DNA of 64,000 nt, taken from the IMG/VR virus record IMGVR_UViG_3300032893_000004, positions 1 through 64,000 of that record; one strand, written 5' to 3'. The DNA is from a virus. A program made the translations under genes and the position numbers. The notes beneath the pieces were generated by a model, which worked only from the letters and a program-made list of their open reading frames with translations, did not search any database and had not been told where the DNA came from. Positions 36,000 through 46,500 of this stretch are shown here, one piece after another (position 1 is the stretch's first letter; each line of letters starts with the position of its first letter).

Positions 36000-36244
36000 A
36001 TTCGTATTCCGAGATATCACTCACCAAAGTTAAGAGCGGTCGCAAGGAATACCGCTGCGAGTGGTGCGACCAGAAGATCCTGACAGGAGAAGAGCATGTT
36101 CGGCGTGTCTACAAGATGGAAGGTGATATACGAAATGAGAGAATGCATCCTGAATGCTACGTGGCAATGGAGCGGTCCGACCACGCTATGATCTCGGAAG
36201 GCTGGATGCCGGGTGATCCTACTAGAGGGCGGCCGCTCAGGTGA
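35996..36244 (+). CDS. zinc-finger protein
   Basis: RKEYRCEWC...HPEC. Confidence 0.75.
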   Translation: MNSYSEISLTKVKSGRKEYRCEWCDQKILTGEEHVRRVYKMEGDIRNERMHPECYVAMERSDHAMISEGWMPGDPTRGRPLR

Positions 36245-36353
36245 GTTCTGTGCTTATCTTAGTACAAGATTTCGCTGTACTCAATTGATCACACAACGAA
36301 GAAATCGCGCTTTCGACGCAGCTGTGCCCTGTAAAGGTTAGGTAATAGTTGAC

Positions 36354-36857
36354 CTAAAAGGTGGACTTATCGCCGGCTAGGGTAAAAAGCCACTTTTTGA
36401 AGGGTTCGCTGCTCGTCTCGCTCGTATAGCATCTGGCTACAGCCTCATCCAGCGAGCAGCAGAACGACCTGCGGATATCTTCCACTGCCTTGAAGTACTT
36501 CTGCTCCAGCTCATCTTGCATTAATAGTCCACCGTTTTGGTCGACTACTACCTTCCGATCGCCCACCACATCGTAGTCTGCGAACGTATGGTCGGAGGTG
36601 CATCCCTTGTGGCCCATAGCACAGTGGTGCGGTATGTTGTCGACCATGGTCTTTAAGGCGTCCGAGCGTTCATGAGATACTCGATAAAATGCTGCTGGCA
36701 CGATATCGTTGTCCACAGCGTATCTCTCGCCGGCCGTCATCCTGTTTGGGTTCCGAGCATCACGCGCCCACCAGCAGTCCTTGCACATGATATACTGGTC
36801 GGCTTCGACAGATTTGTGGCAGTGTAGGCACTTCTTAGGACCGGCTGATGTGTTCAT
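36354..36857 (-). CDS. Cys/His-rich hypothetical protein
   Basis: Likely start ATG 36857; CLHC..CKDC. Confidence 0.7.
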   Translation of the reverse strand: MNTSAGPKKCLHCHKSVEADQYIMCKDCWWARDARNPNRMTAGERYAVDNDIVPAAFYRVSHERSDALKTMVDNIPHHCAMGHKGCTSDHTFADYDVVGDRKVVVDQNGGLLMQDELEQKYFKAVEDIRRSFCCSLDEAVARCYTSETSSEPFKKWLFTLAGDKSTF

Positions 36858-37023
36858 AGGCCGAACACCTTCGGGTTGTGCGATATCGACCGATCCATCA
36901 GGTATCCGAGGTCGTCCCATCTGTCGGGAGAATCCGTGCAGCCGATCCAAGCCGGCGACTTGAGCATCCAGCGCAGCTTCGAGAGCAGTTCCTCGGCTTG
37001 GGCTATCAGGCGATCGGTCTCGC

Positions 37024-37410
37024 TCACAGCTTTGGATCCTTAGACGGCTCGTCGCACTTAAGGTACTTCAGGCGCTCTTCCCAGTTCGCCAGCATGGCCT
37101 TCATAGTTACCTCGTCTTCCCTGGACATCTGGGTTATCCACTCCTCGATCGAGATATTGGCCTTGTGGATAGCGGGATCGAACCCTTTCAGAGACATGAG
37201 CCACTTGATCTCGCCTACCCAGTCGCCGGTGTTCACTCCGTGTAGGAGGTAGCCCGAGTGGATAAGCTCCAGCAGCCAGAGCAAATTGTCGTGCTGGTAG
37301 CGGTTGAGAGTGATCGTGACCGAGCTGGGGTCGAGCAGCTTCAGGTCGTTCTGCCTCACCACGTTCATGGCCCGGAAGATCAGCCTCAGCCGATAGAGTA
37401 ACTTCTTCAT
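37024..37410 (-). CDS. hypothetical protein
   Basis: AGGAG SD, ATGA overlap. Confidence 0.75.
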   Translation of the reverse strand: MKKLLYRLRLIFRAMNVVRQNDLKLLDPSSVTITLNRYQHDNLLWLLELIHSGYLLHGVNTGDWVGEIKWLMSLKGFDPAIHKANISIEEWITQMSREDEVTMKAMLANWEERLKYLKCDEPSKDPKL

Positions 37411-37766
37411 ACTACGACTCCTGCCTTGATCAGAAGCAGCGCGTTCATGATGCGAGTCTTGGGCGACGAGCCTAGTTGCTTAGTGTTGCATCTGATGTTT
37501 TCGACAGCCGCTCGGCCGGCTTCTAGAGGATCGGAGCCGTCGTTGACCTGAGCTGGTCCTACCGCCGGAGCGTTGAGGAACAAAATACGCAAAGCTGCTC
37601 TTTCAGAAGCCTCGTCGGTGCCGTTAAGGTCGACACCGTCCGAGCAGTGACCTAGAGCGCAGGCTTTTGAGCCGTCGCGTGTCCGGTAAGTGCCCATATG
37701 CCACTTTCTGGCCGGAATTCTGCTGAACTTCTCTATGAAATAATCAACGTCGTACGTCATACCCAC
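37407..37766 (-). CDS. phage hypothetical protein
   Basis: YFIEKF..IP..KW..G...CALGHC...VND pattern. Confidence 0.75.
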   Translation of the reverse strand: MGMTYDVDYFIEKFSRIPARKWHMGTYRTRDGSKACALGHCSDGVDLNGTDEASERAALRILFLNAPAVGPAQVNDGSDPLEAGRAAVENIRCNTKQLGSSPKTRIMNALLLIKAGVVV

Positions 37767-38023
37767 CCCACCTTCATTATAACGGTTTTTGCCATAGGAT
37801 CGAACTTGTCGTCTGAAACGCTGAATCCTCGGACTGTCAGGAGGGCCGCCAGCTTCTCGCGTGCAGGCTGTTCGAGGTGAGATACGTCCATCATGACCGA
37901 CCCGAAGCCTTCGGTAGCCTTGTCTTCTATGATGGCAAGCGCCTTGCTGAGATCCTTGGATTTTGCCTCCAGCATGTGCTGCTTGGCCAGCTCAGCCGTC
38001 AGATGCATGAATTTCAGATTCAT
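37757..38023 (-). CDS. hypothetical protein
   Basis: GAGGG SD. Confidence 0.7.
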   Translation of the reverse strand: MNLKFMHLTAELAKQHMLEAKSKDLSKALAIIEDKATEGFGSVMMDVSHLEQPAREKLAALLTVRGFSVSDDKFDPMAKTVIMKVGWV

Positions 38024-38077
38024 TCGTCCCTCTTGCCGGAGGCTTTATTTTGAATTGTAAGATACCACTCCCGAGGC

Positions 38078-38284
38078 TTATCTGCGCTCATGGTTTGGCC
38101 CTTTCGCAGTCGCAACGATCTTGCTGTCGAGAATGTAGATCTTCCCGAATAACTGCTTTACGGTCAGCATGCACGAACGGTCGAGCGCCCCGAAGTCGTA
38201 GCTGTAGTGCGGTTTCCGGAACAGCAGCAGGAAGCGGATGTACCACGGGAAAGGCTTGACCTTCGGGAAGGAACTATAGCTCAT
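38078..38284 (-). CDS. hypothetical protein
   Basis: Likely start ATG 38284. Confidence 0.55.
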   Translation of the reverse strand: MSYSSFPKVKPFPWYIRFLLLFRKPHYSYDFGALDRSCMLTVKQLFGKIYILDSKIVATAKGPNHERR

Positions 38285-38624
38285 CTTCCACCAGCATGAG
38301 AGTATCGTCAGGCGCCAGAACGAGTATAATAGCGTTGGACCGCGCTTCAAGTTTATCGCGACCGACCATCGACTCGATCAGCTTGCGCTCGTTGTCGGAG
38401 TAGAGCCAGCTCGACGGTACCCGCAGGACGTATTCTCGGCACGTCCAGTGCGTCCGGAATACGAAGTCAGACGTGAGATCTGCGTTGCGAGTGAACGAGA
38501 CGACCTTGCCGACTAAGACTGTTTCGTAGCTGTTAGATTTTCCTAACGATTCGCTTTCTTCGAGCTGCCCTCCTGCGACTGCGGCGTCGAACTGCGCATG
38601 TTGTTCTCTCACTTTTAAGCTCAT
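38274..38624 (-). CDS. hypothetical protein
   Basis: GAGGAG SD. Confidence 0.7.
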   Translation of the reverse strand: MSLKVREQHAQFDAAVAGGQLEESESLGKSNSYETVLVGKVVSFTRNADLTSDFVFRTHWTCREYVLRVPSSWLYSDNERKLIESMVGRDKLEARSNAIILVLAPDDTLMLVEDEL

Positions 38625-38852
38625 GTTATCTCCTCAGTTAAAACGGGATAAATCTCGGAACATCACGCTCATGCGTGGCAAAGTTCTATCTTCCAGATCT
38701 ACCTGATAGAGCGATTCGAAGTATGCCAACAGTGGCGCGACCACCTCGAAGCCGACTGCGTCTGAAACAGATTCCCAGTCTACCATCTCGCGGCCGCCAC
38801 AATCATCACGATCAATATCAAGTTCGCTAATACGATGTAACGCATACGTCTC

Positions 38853-39143
38853 CTAAGCGACCCGTCTCGGGTACCGCTGCCATTCCGTCTTTCGAAGATC
38901 CTGGTCAGTCTGAGGATAGACCACGTGCAGCCACTTGTTAAGGTCAGCCGCGCGGATGTCGAAGCGCGTGTACAGAGCGGTTCCTCGCGGGCCATTAGAA
39001 CATCTCCAGTGGGTGCCGTCGTAGCCTATCGTGATCCAGTAGCCCGAAACGCGAATCTCCAGACCTAGATCGGAGACGTAGTCGACTTCGAACGCAACGT
39101 CGACGTTCCTCTCGTGCTTTATGATGTCACCGTTCTGGATCAT
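38853..39143 (-). CDS. hypothetical protein
   Basis: ATGA overlap start 39143. Confidence 0.7.
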   Translation of the reverse strand: MIQNGDIIKHERNVDVAFEVDYVSDLGLEIRVSGYWITIGYDGTHWRCSNGPRGTALYTRFDIRAADLNKWLHVVYPQTDQDLRKTEWQRYPRRVA

Positions 39144-39520
39144 GTCAGCTTCTTCCTGTACGTACATTTAGTACAGAATTCTTCCTTTGTCCAGCCCGAA
39201 TCGTACATCTCGATGTTGTGATCGCACGTTGTTCCAGACAAGTTCCTGACCTTCGCAGGACTTCGCACGTCAGCTGACGCCCAGCGTGTCTCCACATGCG
39301 CCCTTTCTACGAAGTGGCACGCGCCGTTCATGTCGGTAATCCTATATTCTTCTGTCTTTCCAGAAGCTGTAACCTTGGTGACCCAAGCATCGACTGTTCC
39401 TAGAACCCAGATCGTATTGGATCGACCGCCCACTTTTTCACCGATCTTGAACTTCCAATCTACAGGCTTTTCCTGTTCGTTTTCGACCTCAAATCCAGAT
39501 ACGATCTTGCCTATCAACAA
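39140..39520 (-). CDS. SH3-like barrel plus zinc-ribbon protein
   Basis: KFKIGEKV; CDH...CTKC; start uncertain. Confidence 0.6.
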   Translation of the reverse strand: MLIGKIVSGFEVENEQEKPVDWKFKIGEKVGGRSNTIWVLGTVDAWVTKVTASGKTEEYRITDMNGACHFVERAHVETRWASADVRSPAKVRNLSGTTCDHNIEMYDSGWTKEEFCTKCTYRKKLT

Positions 39521-39631
39521 GTTTCGCCATCCAGTCTTCTGGGCGGATGCCGAAGCATTGTTCGATCCAGTACTTCATAGACTCGACGTCGTTGAACGCT
39601 TCTGAAGGCAGTACATTGTGCTTGATCTTCT

Positions 39632-39847
39632 TCATATGACCTTCCATTCCCTCTCGACAAGCTCGGCGGGATACACTCCGTCCGAGTGGGCGGCCACCGA
39701 GCCGTCCCAGAGTATCTGATAGAATCGTCGACCTTCCTTGTTGATCAAGGTGCCTACGATCGTACCGGTGTGGACGTTGAACACCGAGTCCGGACCTTCG
39801 AAGCAGTCCACGCGAGTACCTTTCTTGAATTTGAACTGCTCAGTCAT
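39632..39847 (-). CDS. SH3-like small protein
   Basis: FKKGTRV...GTI...YQILWD. Confidence 0.65.
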   Translation of the reverse strand: MTEQFKFKKGTRVDCFEGPDSVFNVHTGTIVGTLINKEGRRFYQILWDGSVAAHSDGVYPAELVEREWKVI

Positions 39848-40052
39848 TCTTGAAGAACTCCGCGTTGGGTCGTGCGAGTCGTACAAGCTCTTCCTCGCCG
39901 TGCCACCACTTGATCAGGTGATACGAGATGAAGTTCATCTTCGTCGTGAACGTGCCGAGATAGCGGTATGTCCGGCCGTCGAAGACGTTTGTCTGGGCTC
40001 GGTATATGAGCCCTCTACGTGTCCAAGGATTTTTCAGTTGCTGTTTAGGCAT
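39840..40052 (-). CDS. hypothetical protein
   Basis: Likely start ATG 40052. Confidence 0.55.
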   Translation of the reverse strand: MPKQQLKNPWTRRGLIYRAQTNVFDGRTYRYLGTFTTKMNFISYHLIKWWHGEEELVRLARPNAEFFKND

Positions 40053-40348
40053 TCGTAATCCTTGGTGCACTTCGCTTCGAGTGTCTTGCACGTACCGATG
40101 AATTCCATAACTTCAGCCGTAGGAGCTGTCCCGGTAAGCACAGATGCAACACACTTCGAGTACGAGCGATAACACTCCGTACATTGCTTGGCTTCCTCGT
40201 AGGTCAAGATCAATCCGCCGCCGAGAGGTATCGCAACTGGAGGTTTATCGGCTCGAGCCAGACGCGCCATCAAGCAGACCGCTGCCGCGATTCCGACTAG
40301 GATGAGGTACCGTATTACGACTTTCTTGACCAGATCGCGATCGTTCAT
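40034..40348 (-). CDS. secreted Cys-rich protein
   Basis: GGAGG SD; signal peptide ending ARA; spaced Cys. Confidence 0.65.
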   Translation of the reverse strand: MNDRDLVKKVVIRYLILVGIAAAVCLMARLARADKPPVAIPLGGGLILTYEEAKQCTECYRSYSKCVASVLTGTAPTAEVMEFIGTCKTLEAKCTKDYECLNSN

Positions 40349-40542
40349 TTTTGCCTCCGGAAAGCGATGGCGCAGACCAGCGGAAGCCACGCGACTACGA
40401 AGAGAATCATGACGAGAGGGGTCTTCACGCCGTTCTTCCGCATCAGATCCATCGCGAGCGACCAGTTGCGGAACAGAAGGAGTGCCCACAGCAAGACGCC
40501 GACTTGTAAGTAACCAAATACGATTTCTGCTTGAGTAGTCAT
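40345..40542 (-). CDS. two-TM membrane protein, probably leaderless
   Basis: Two hydrophobic helices; ATG 6 nt after -10 box. Confidence 0.7.
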   Translation of the reverse strand: MTTQAEIVFGYLQVGVLLWALLLFRNWSLAMDLMRKNGVKTPLVMILFVVAWLPLVCAIAFRRQK

Positions 40543-40548
40543 GGCGAT

Positions 40549-40577
40549 ATTCTATCGCGTAGACAAGGATAGGTCAA
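40549..40577 (-). promoter_or_regulatory. sigma70-type promoter
   Basis: TTGACC-17nt-TAGAAT. Confidence 0.75.
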
Positions 40578-40598
40578 GCGTCTCGGTTCGAGACGCTA

Positions 40599-43500
40599 TC
40601 AGGTAAGCAGTGTGATGGTTATATCCGTGGTTGGATTAATAACATACGCCTGTTCGTTGGCGTTGACCGCGATCAGATCGCTCGAAGAGCTGAACGTAGG
40701 CGACGTGACCGTCACAGACGTGACGCCTGGAATAGTCGATGCAGCTGCGATCATAGCCGAGATCGATACCGACTCGCCGACGTCTAAGTTGTTCACGTAG
40801 CCCGCGATAGCGGACTGGACGACGTCTATGATGTCTGTAAAAGGCACGCCGGAAGCGATCCTGATAGCGAACGACGCCTTGATCGACAGCAGCGTAGCCG
40901 GTACGATGTTGATCGGGCTACCTGATGCGCGCCAACCTGGGAAGTTGATGCGGTCGTACGGAACGCCGTAGATCGTGTTCGTGATCAGCTGGATCAGACC
41001 GATGTAGTACTTGTACGCGTCGATGCCGAGGTTGATGTTCGTGTTCATGTTGAGTTTCGACGTGGCTATTGCCTGCGCGGACAGAGACGACGTAATACGT
41101 TCGGTCAGATTCGGACTATCCACTATGATGTTGGTAGTATTACCGTTGCCGGGACCCATAGCTAGGATACGCTTCCAGAGGCTGAGAGGATTCGCTTCCT
41201 GCACGTTGACCAAGCTGAATTCGCCCCCGAGTGTGACCGGCGAGGACGGATTCGTGATAGTCGGCGTCAGCCAGATAGCCGTGGAAGTCGGAAAAGAGTA
41301 TCCCACGCCGAACGTGTTGTCTACCACCGTGTATCGGCCGATGTTGGCTGTTCCGAGCACGTTCGTGGTTACTATGAGCACGTCGCCCGGCATGACGGAG
41401 TCGTACGAATAGAACGACATGTTGGCCACGTTGCCGAGAGTGACTATCTCCTCGACCGGGTTGGCGTTCACGATCCAGAACGTGTCGTTTCCGAATATGC
41501 GAACTACCTGAAAGACGCCTGTGTTGGAAGCGTTGAACTCCTGCACCTGCCAGAACGAAGGCGATGTGTCTGGCTCGTTGTTGGTATTCGAGTTCTGGAT
41601 AGATGTATAGTTCGACCCGCCGTAGTACACCCGAGCACCGGATGCGTACGTAGTCGTAGATACCCAAGGCGTTTCCTGGGTGTCATACAAGCGTACCCAG
41701 TCGCCTTCCTGCACGCCGTTGGTCAGCAGATCCATCGACGGACCGCCTACGCCGACGACGGCCACGAACGCGCCGTGCTTCTCGATCTTGAGCTGAGTAG
41801 CAGCCGTGTAATTGACAGCTCGCTTGGTCTGGAACGATCCGGTACCGCCCGTGATCTGAAGAGTAGTCGCGTTCAGCTGGACGGTAGTCGTCTCCGAGAA
41901 TCCGAGCTGCTTGTTCTGGGTGATGTTGTTGATCAGGTTGACCCATTGACCGACCACGAAACCTTTGTGTAGAGCGCTCGGAACGGAGAAGTATCCTTCC
42001 TTCGTAGTAGGTTCCTCGCCCGAGCCGACCAGTGCGACTTCGAGGGAGTTAGCCGTTCCGCCCGTGATCTGAACAGATCCCGAACCGCCGAATGTCTGAG
42101 TCGACAGCTGAATCTCTCTGCCATACCTGGTCAGTTCGACTTCGCCTACGTTGCTGAAACCGGTTACGACCAGTTCGTTCCAGAAGCGTACGAGCTGTTC
42201 GTTCGTGGTCGCGACCAATCTAAGCTGTTCACCGACTGTCGGTACGGAGGTCCACGCATTCTTAGCCGTGAACATCGGGAACGTGGCCGGCGCCTGGAGG
42301 TTGCTGGAAAGAACCTCGTTCTCGCCATCGTATAGCATCAGCATCGGCAGCGAACCGGTAGCTGTTCCGCCAGGAGTGTAGACTGTGGACGCGGACGCTA
42401 GAGCAGGCAGTTGGATGACAGATACCATGTAGCCGAGTCCGGTGTCGAGGTACGTATCTATGACCACGTACGTTCCGTTGTAGTTGTTGCCGCCCATAGT
42501 CGACATGCCGGACAAGGTTATTGTCGAACCCGCAGGCGCGGCGATCGACAGCTGGACCTTCGCTCGTCTAGACGTCAGGAACGTCTGGAACGAAGTTACG
42601 GTAGCAGTGTAGTAGTTCGAAGACAAGCCATTATCCTGAGTGGACGACGTGATAGGCGCGTTAGGAGTGGCGTTGTTCACGGCAGCGACCAGAAGCGTCG
42701 GGATGTTCTGTGAGATGTAGTCGACTACCTGCTGCGCGGTCGTGGATACTACCCCGAACTGAAGATTCTCGTTCGTAGATCCGCCGATGGCGCGGGCCAT
42801 GGAACCGGACGGGATCAGCTCGGTGGACGTACCGCCAGTGCCAGCCGTGTTCGTGCCGATAGAAGCTTGATAATAGTAGGTGAACTGACTCGTGGTAGGA
42901 GTCGAGTTGACGACGAACGTACCGGACAAGTTCAGCGTCGTAATAGTCCACCAAGTTGGTGAAGTATTCGGCGTGTTACCCGTGTTGGCTGTCTGAGTCG
43001 AAATGTAGTTGTTGCCGAGGTACGAGACGATGTCTCCTACCCCGTAGGTCGTACCGGACGCGTAAGCGCTGATCGATATGCCGGCAACCGTGGTGATGTC
43101 TCCGGGGTTAAGTCCGTGCAAGGAAGAAGTGTTGACAGTGATCAGAGTCCCGGAAGCTGTGACGATCGCGATCGACACAGGCGCAGTAGGCAGGTAGGAC
43201 TGGAAGTCCACTCGACCGATGGCTACGGAGGCGGCCGAACCTGAGCGAACGTACTGGAACTGATTCGAAGCAGTCACAGCCGATATAGCAGCCAACCCGT
43301 TGTACGACAGGCCTGCGCCTGATATCAGCACCACGTCGCCGACTTGAAGACCGTGATTGGTCTGAGTTGTCACGGTGACGATGTTCGAAACCAGAGAAGC
43401 TGACGCGATCAGGCTGTCCGGTACGCTGTTAGGCGTTGGTACGGTGAACGTATTCGTACCCGTGACTGTTACCACGTAGGTGGTGTTGAACGGATAGGTC

Positions 43501-46500
43501 GCTCCTCCATCAGGAGAAGCCGTCCCGTAGAAACCGATCCGCTGGCCGGAAACTAGCCCGTGAGCCGAAGGAGTCGTTACCGAAACGACGTTGTTCTGGT
43601 TCAGGATGTTCGAGAATGAGATAGCGTCTGAGGTGTACGCGCCGAGTGGGACGGTAACCGTAAAAGACGTGTTCGTCACAGCGACGACTTTCGCTTGAAA
43701 ACCTTGATTCTGCGGTAGGAAGTAGCCCGTAGAAGACAAGAACACTACGTCGCCTACGCCGACGGACGCGCCGCCTATACCGGATCCGAAGTTCGGCTGA
43801 GTACCTGCTTCCCACGTGTACGTGAGAGTCTGAGCCCCGCCGACCGGCGCGCCGACCGATACCGTGAAGGAAGTAGTGAAGTCCCAGTTCGGAGTACGAA
43901 CAGTCGTGACTGGCAGGTAGATCTGAGCGTCGATCACGTCCGATATACCGAAGTTGCTCGATATGGAAGTCTGATTCACGTTAGGCGGGTAGAACAGCCC
44001 GACTCTTATCGTATTCCCGGAAGGTCCGTAATCCGCCGACTTGACCAGTATCGAGTACGTACCGTTCGTGAGAGTAGCCTGCGCCTGTCTGTGGATCTTG
44101 AAGTTCGAAAAGTCGAAGTCGTAGAACGACGACACGGACGAGAGAGCCAGAGACGACTGGTTGTCCGTGGCGGAGAAGTCCTGGTTGGATGGTGTAGAGT
44201 AGCTCGACACGATCAGCTGGCGAGATATCGGCAAAGCGTACGATTCGGTAGAGGCGTTACCGTCGACTATGACGGTCGACTGGTCGTCGGAGTAGAACTT
44301 GTAAGACGATCGCATGAAGAATCGGTCAGTCGCGTTCATGACTGCTTGTCCAGTCTGCATATAGAGCGGTACGTCGAGAGTCATATAGGTCGTAGCTGGA
44401 TCATAGAACGTGACGAGAGAGCGATTGGTCTTGTTCGTTTCCGGTACGATCGCGAGAGGCGACGAGGTGAACCGTTCTAGAATTTCCAGGAAATCGCTGG
44501 TAGACGATCCTAGAGCTTCGAAGTCAGGCTGATCGAAGATGTTGTCCGAAACGGCTGTCCCGAGAGCGCTCCACGTGAAGTTCGGTATGCCCGCCTCGGC
44601 GTCGGTTTCCGACACGAATCCGTAGAAGGCAGGAGTGTTCGCAAACGCCTCGCCTACCGTAAGACCGAGTACGGATCCGTTCATGTCCACTGCAGCCACG
44701 TAGAACTGCCCGTCGGAGTCGAACGTAGCGGTAGATATCCTGACTGATGATCCTTCGATGTCCGAGATAGTGCCTGTCAGCTGCGACTGCACTTCTCCCA
44801 GGAAGGTGGTCAGAGGATTGATGTCAAATGAGAGAAGCTGCACCGGCGCCGCTGACTTGACGAATACGATTCTGGTGGAAGTTGGGATGATCGACGTGTT
44901 AAGGTTCATCCGGTTGATAGGACCGTCGTCCACCGTGACCACTCCGGTAGTCACCGACAGAACGCGCCAGAAGCCTTGGTTGGATTGCAACGGAGCTGGA
45001 TCGGTCGGATTCGCCCAGACGATTAGCCAGTCACCTACGGAGACGTCATCGAATCCCTGCGGCTGTAAGGAAGGTGTCAGTCCAGATATCGTGAGAATAG
45101 TCCCCGTCTTCGAGAATGTTATGGATGTATTCGGAGACAGACCGTTAGGAACAGACTCGGCCGCGCCGTCCGTGATGATCCACGCGCGGCCCGCGACACC
45201 TGGACCGTCCGGCATGGGAGACGTCAGATCGTTGCCACGAGTGTACTGCGAGCCGGCTGTGATCTTATCTCCTGGCTGCAAGGACACTGCTAATCCTATC
45301 TGACCTGTCCACTTGTTGAGCGTGTAATCCGACGTCGTACCAGTCGCTTCCAGCGGTGCTTCGAGATCGAATATCTGGCTGAGAAGCGTTCCGCCTATGA
45401 AGCTTATAGCCGCAGCAGTATTCGCGCCGCGAGCGGAAGCGAAGGTAAGCACGTTACCGTTGACGGTAGTGATCACTCCAGGCATAAGGGAGTTGCACAC
45501 GGCGGCCCAGATCGTCAGAGACGTAGACGCCGAGACGATCGCACCCTGCTGGACAGCTTGGAACGCGGCCGTCGTGAATGTGGCGGTCACCGGTGGAGTA
45601 TTATCCACTTGATAGATCAATGTGTTGCCGGTGGCGATGGAAGACGCCCAGGTAGCTTGCTCTCGCGAGTTTATAGAAGCTACCACGCCGTCTTCGTATA
45701 GCGGTAGGTCGTTCTTGAACAGACGAATAGTCACATCCGGATTCAGAGGAAAGCCCAGCGCCACATTGGCGTCTACTCCGCTGGGAGCGACGACGACTGC
45801 GATCTGATTCAGAGATACGTTTGTCGGATACACGACTACGTTCGCGCCGTTGTTAGCGGTCGAAGCGGACCACCCGATGTTAATGTCGCCGTTGATGGAA
45901 GCTGCGATTTCCTGGGCAGTAGCCGAGGACGGTACAAGAAAGTCAGATGCCAGGAACTGGTGGGTGGTCTGCACGCCTTCTACAATGCACGACAGGAACG
46001 ATCCAGCCGTGATCGCGTACGGTCCAGTAAACGTGTTCTCGATGCGAGCCTGAGCTACCGGTACCTGCCTCAACTGGAGGTTTATCTCGCCGCCGACGGC
46101 GCTGTCGACTACGGTCTCGAACGGGGCGCCGAGGAAGTTCGGTTCGTACGCTTGCCCATCAGAGAATACGAGGGAAGCGGTGTTATCGGCGTTCGTGATG
46201 ACGTTGGCGGAAGATACCTTCTTCAGTTCGTCGAGAGCGACCAGTCCTTTTACGGCAGTTTCGATGGCCTGATCAGTTCCCTTAGACTTAGCGATCTCGT
46301 ACGCCTGGATGCGATCCTGGATGTCTTGATCGGTGTCAGCATCCACGCCGTTCGTGAACGCCAACGGATTGTTGACCGTGGCCGTAAACGCTACGCCGAC
46401 GATCTCGGAGATGGCTCCGATCGATACGTTGCCGATCGTGCCTGGGGTCTGGCAGATCACGGGCACGCCGTCGACTTGCACTTCCCCGTCCGGTATCGTC

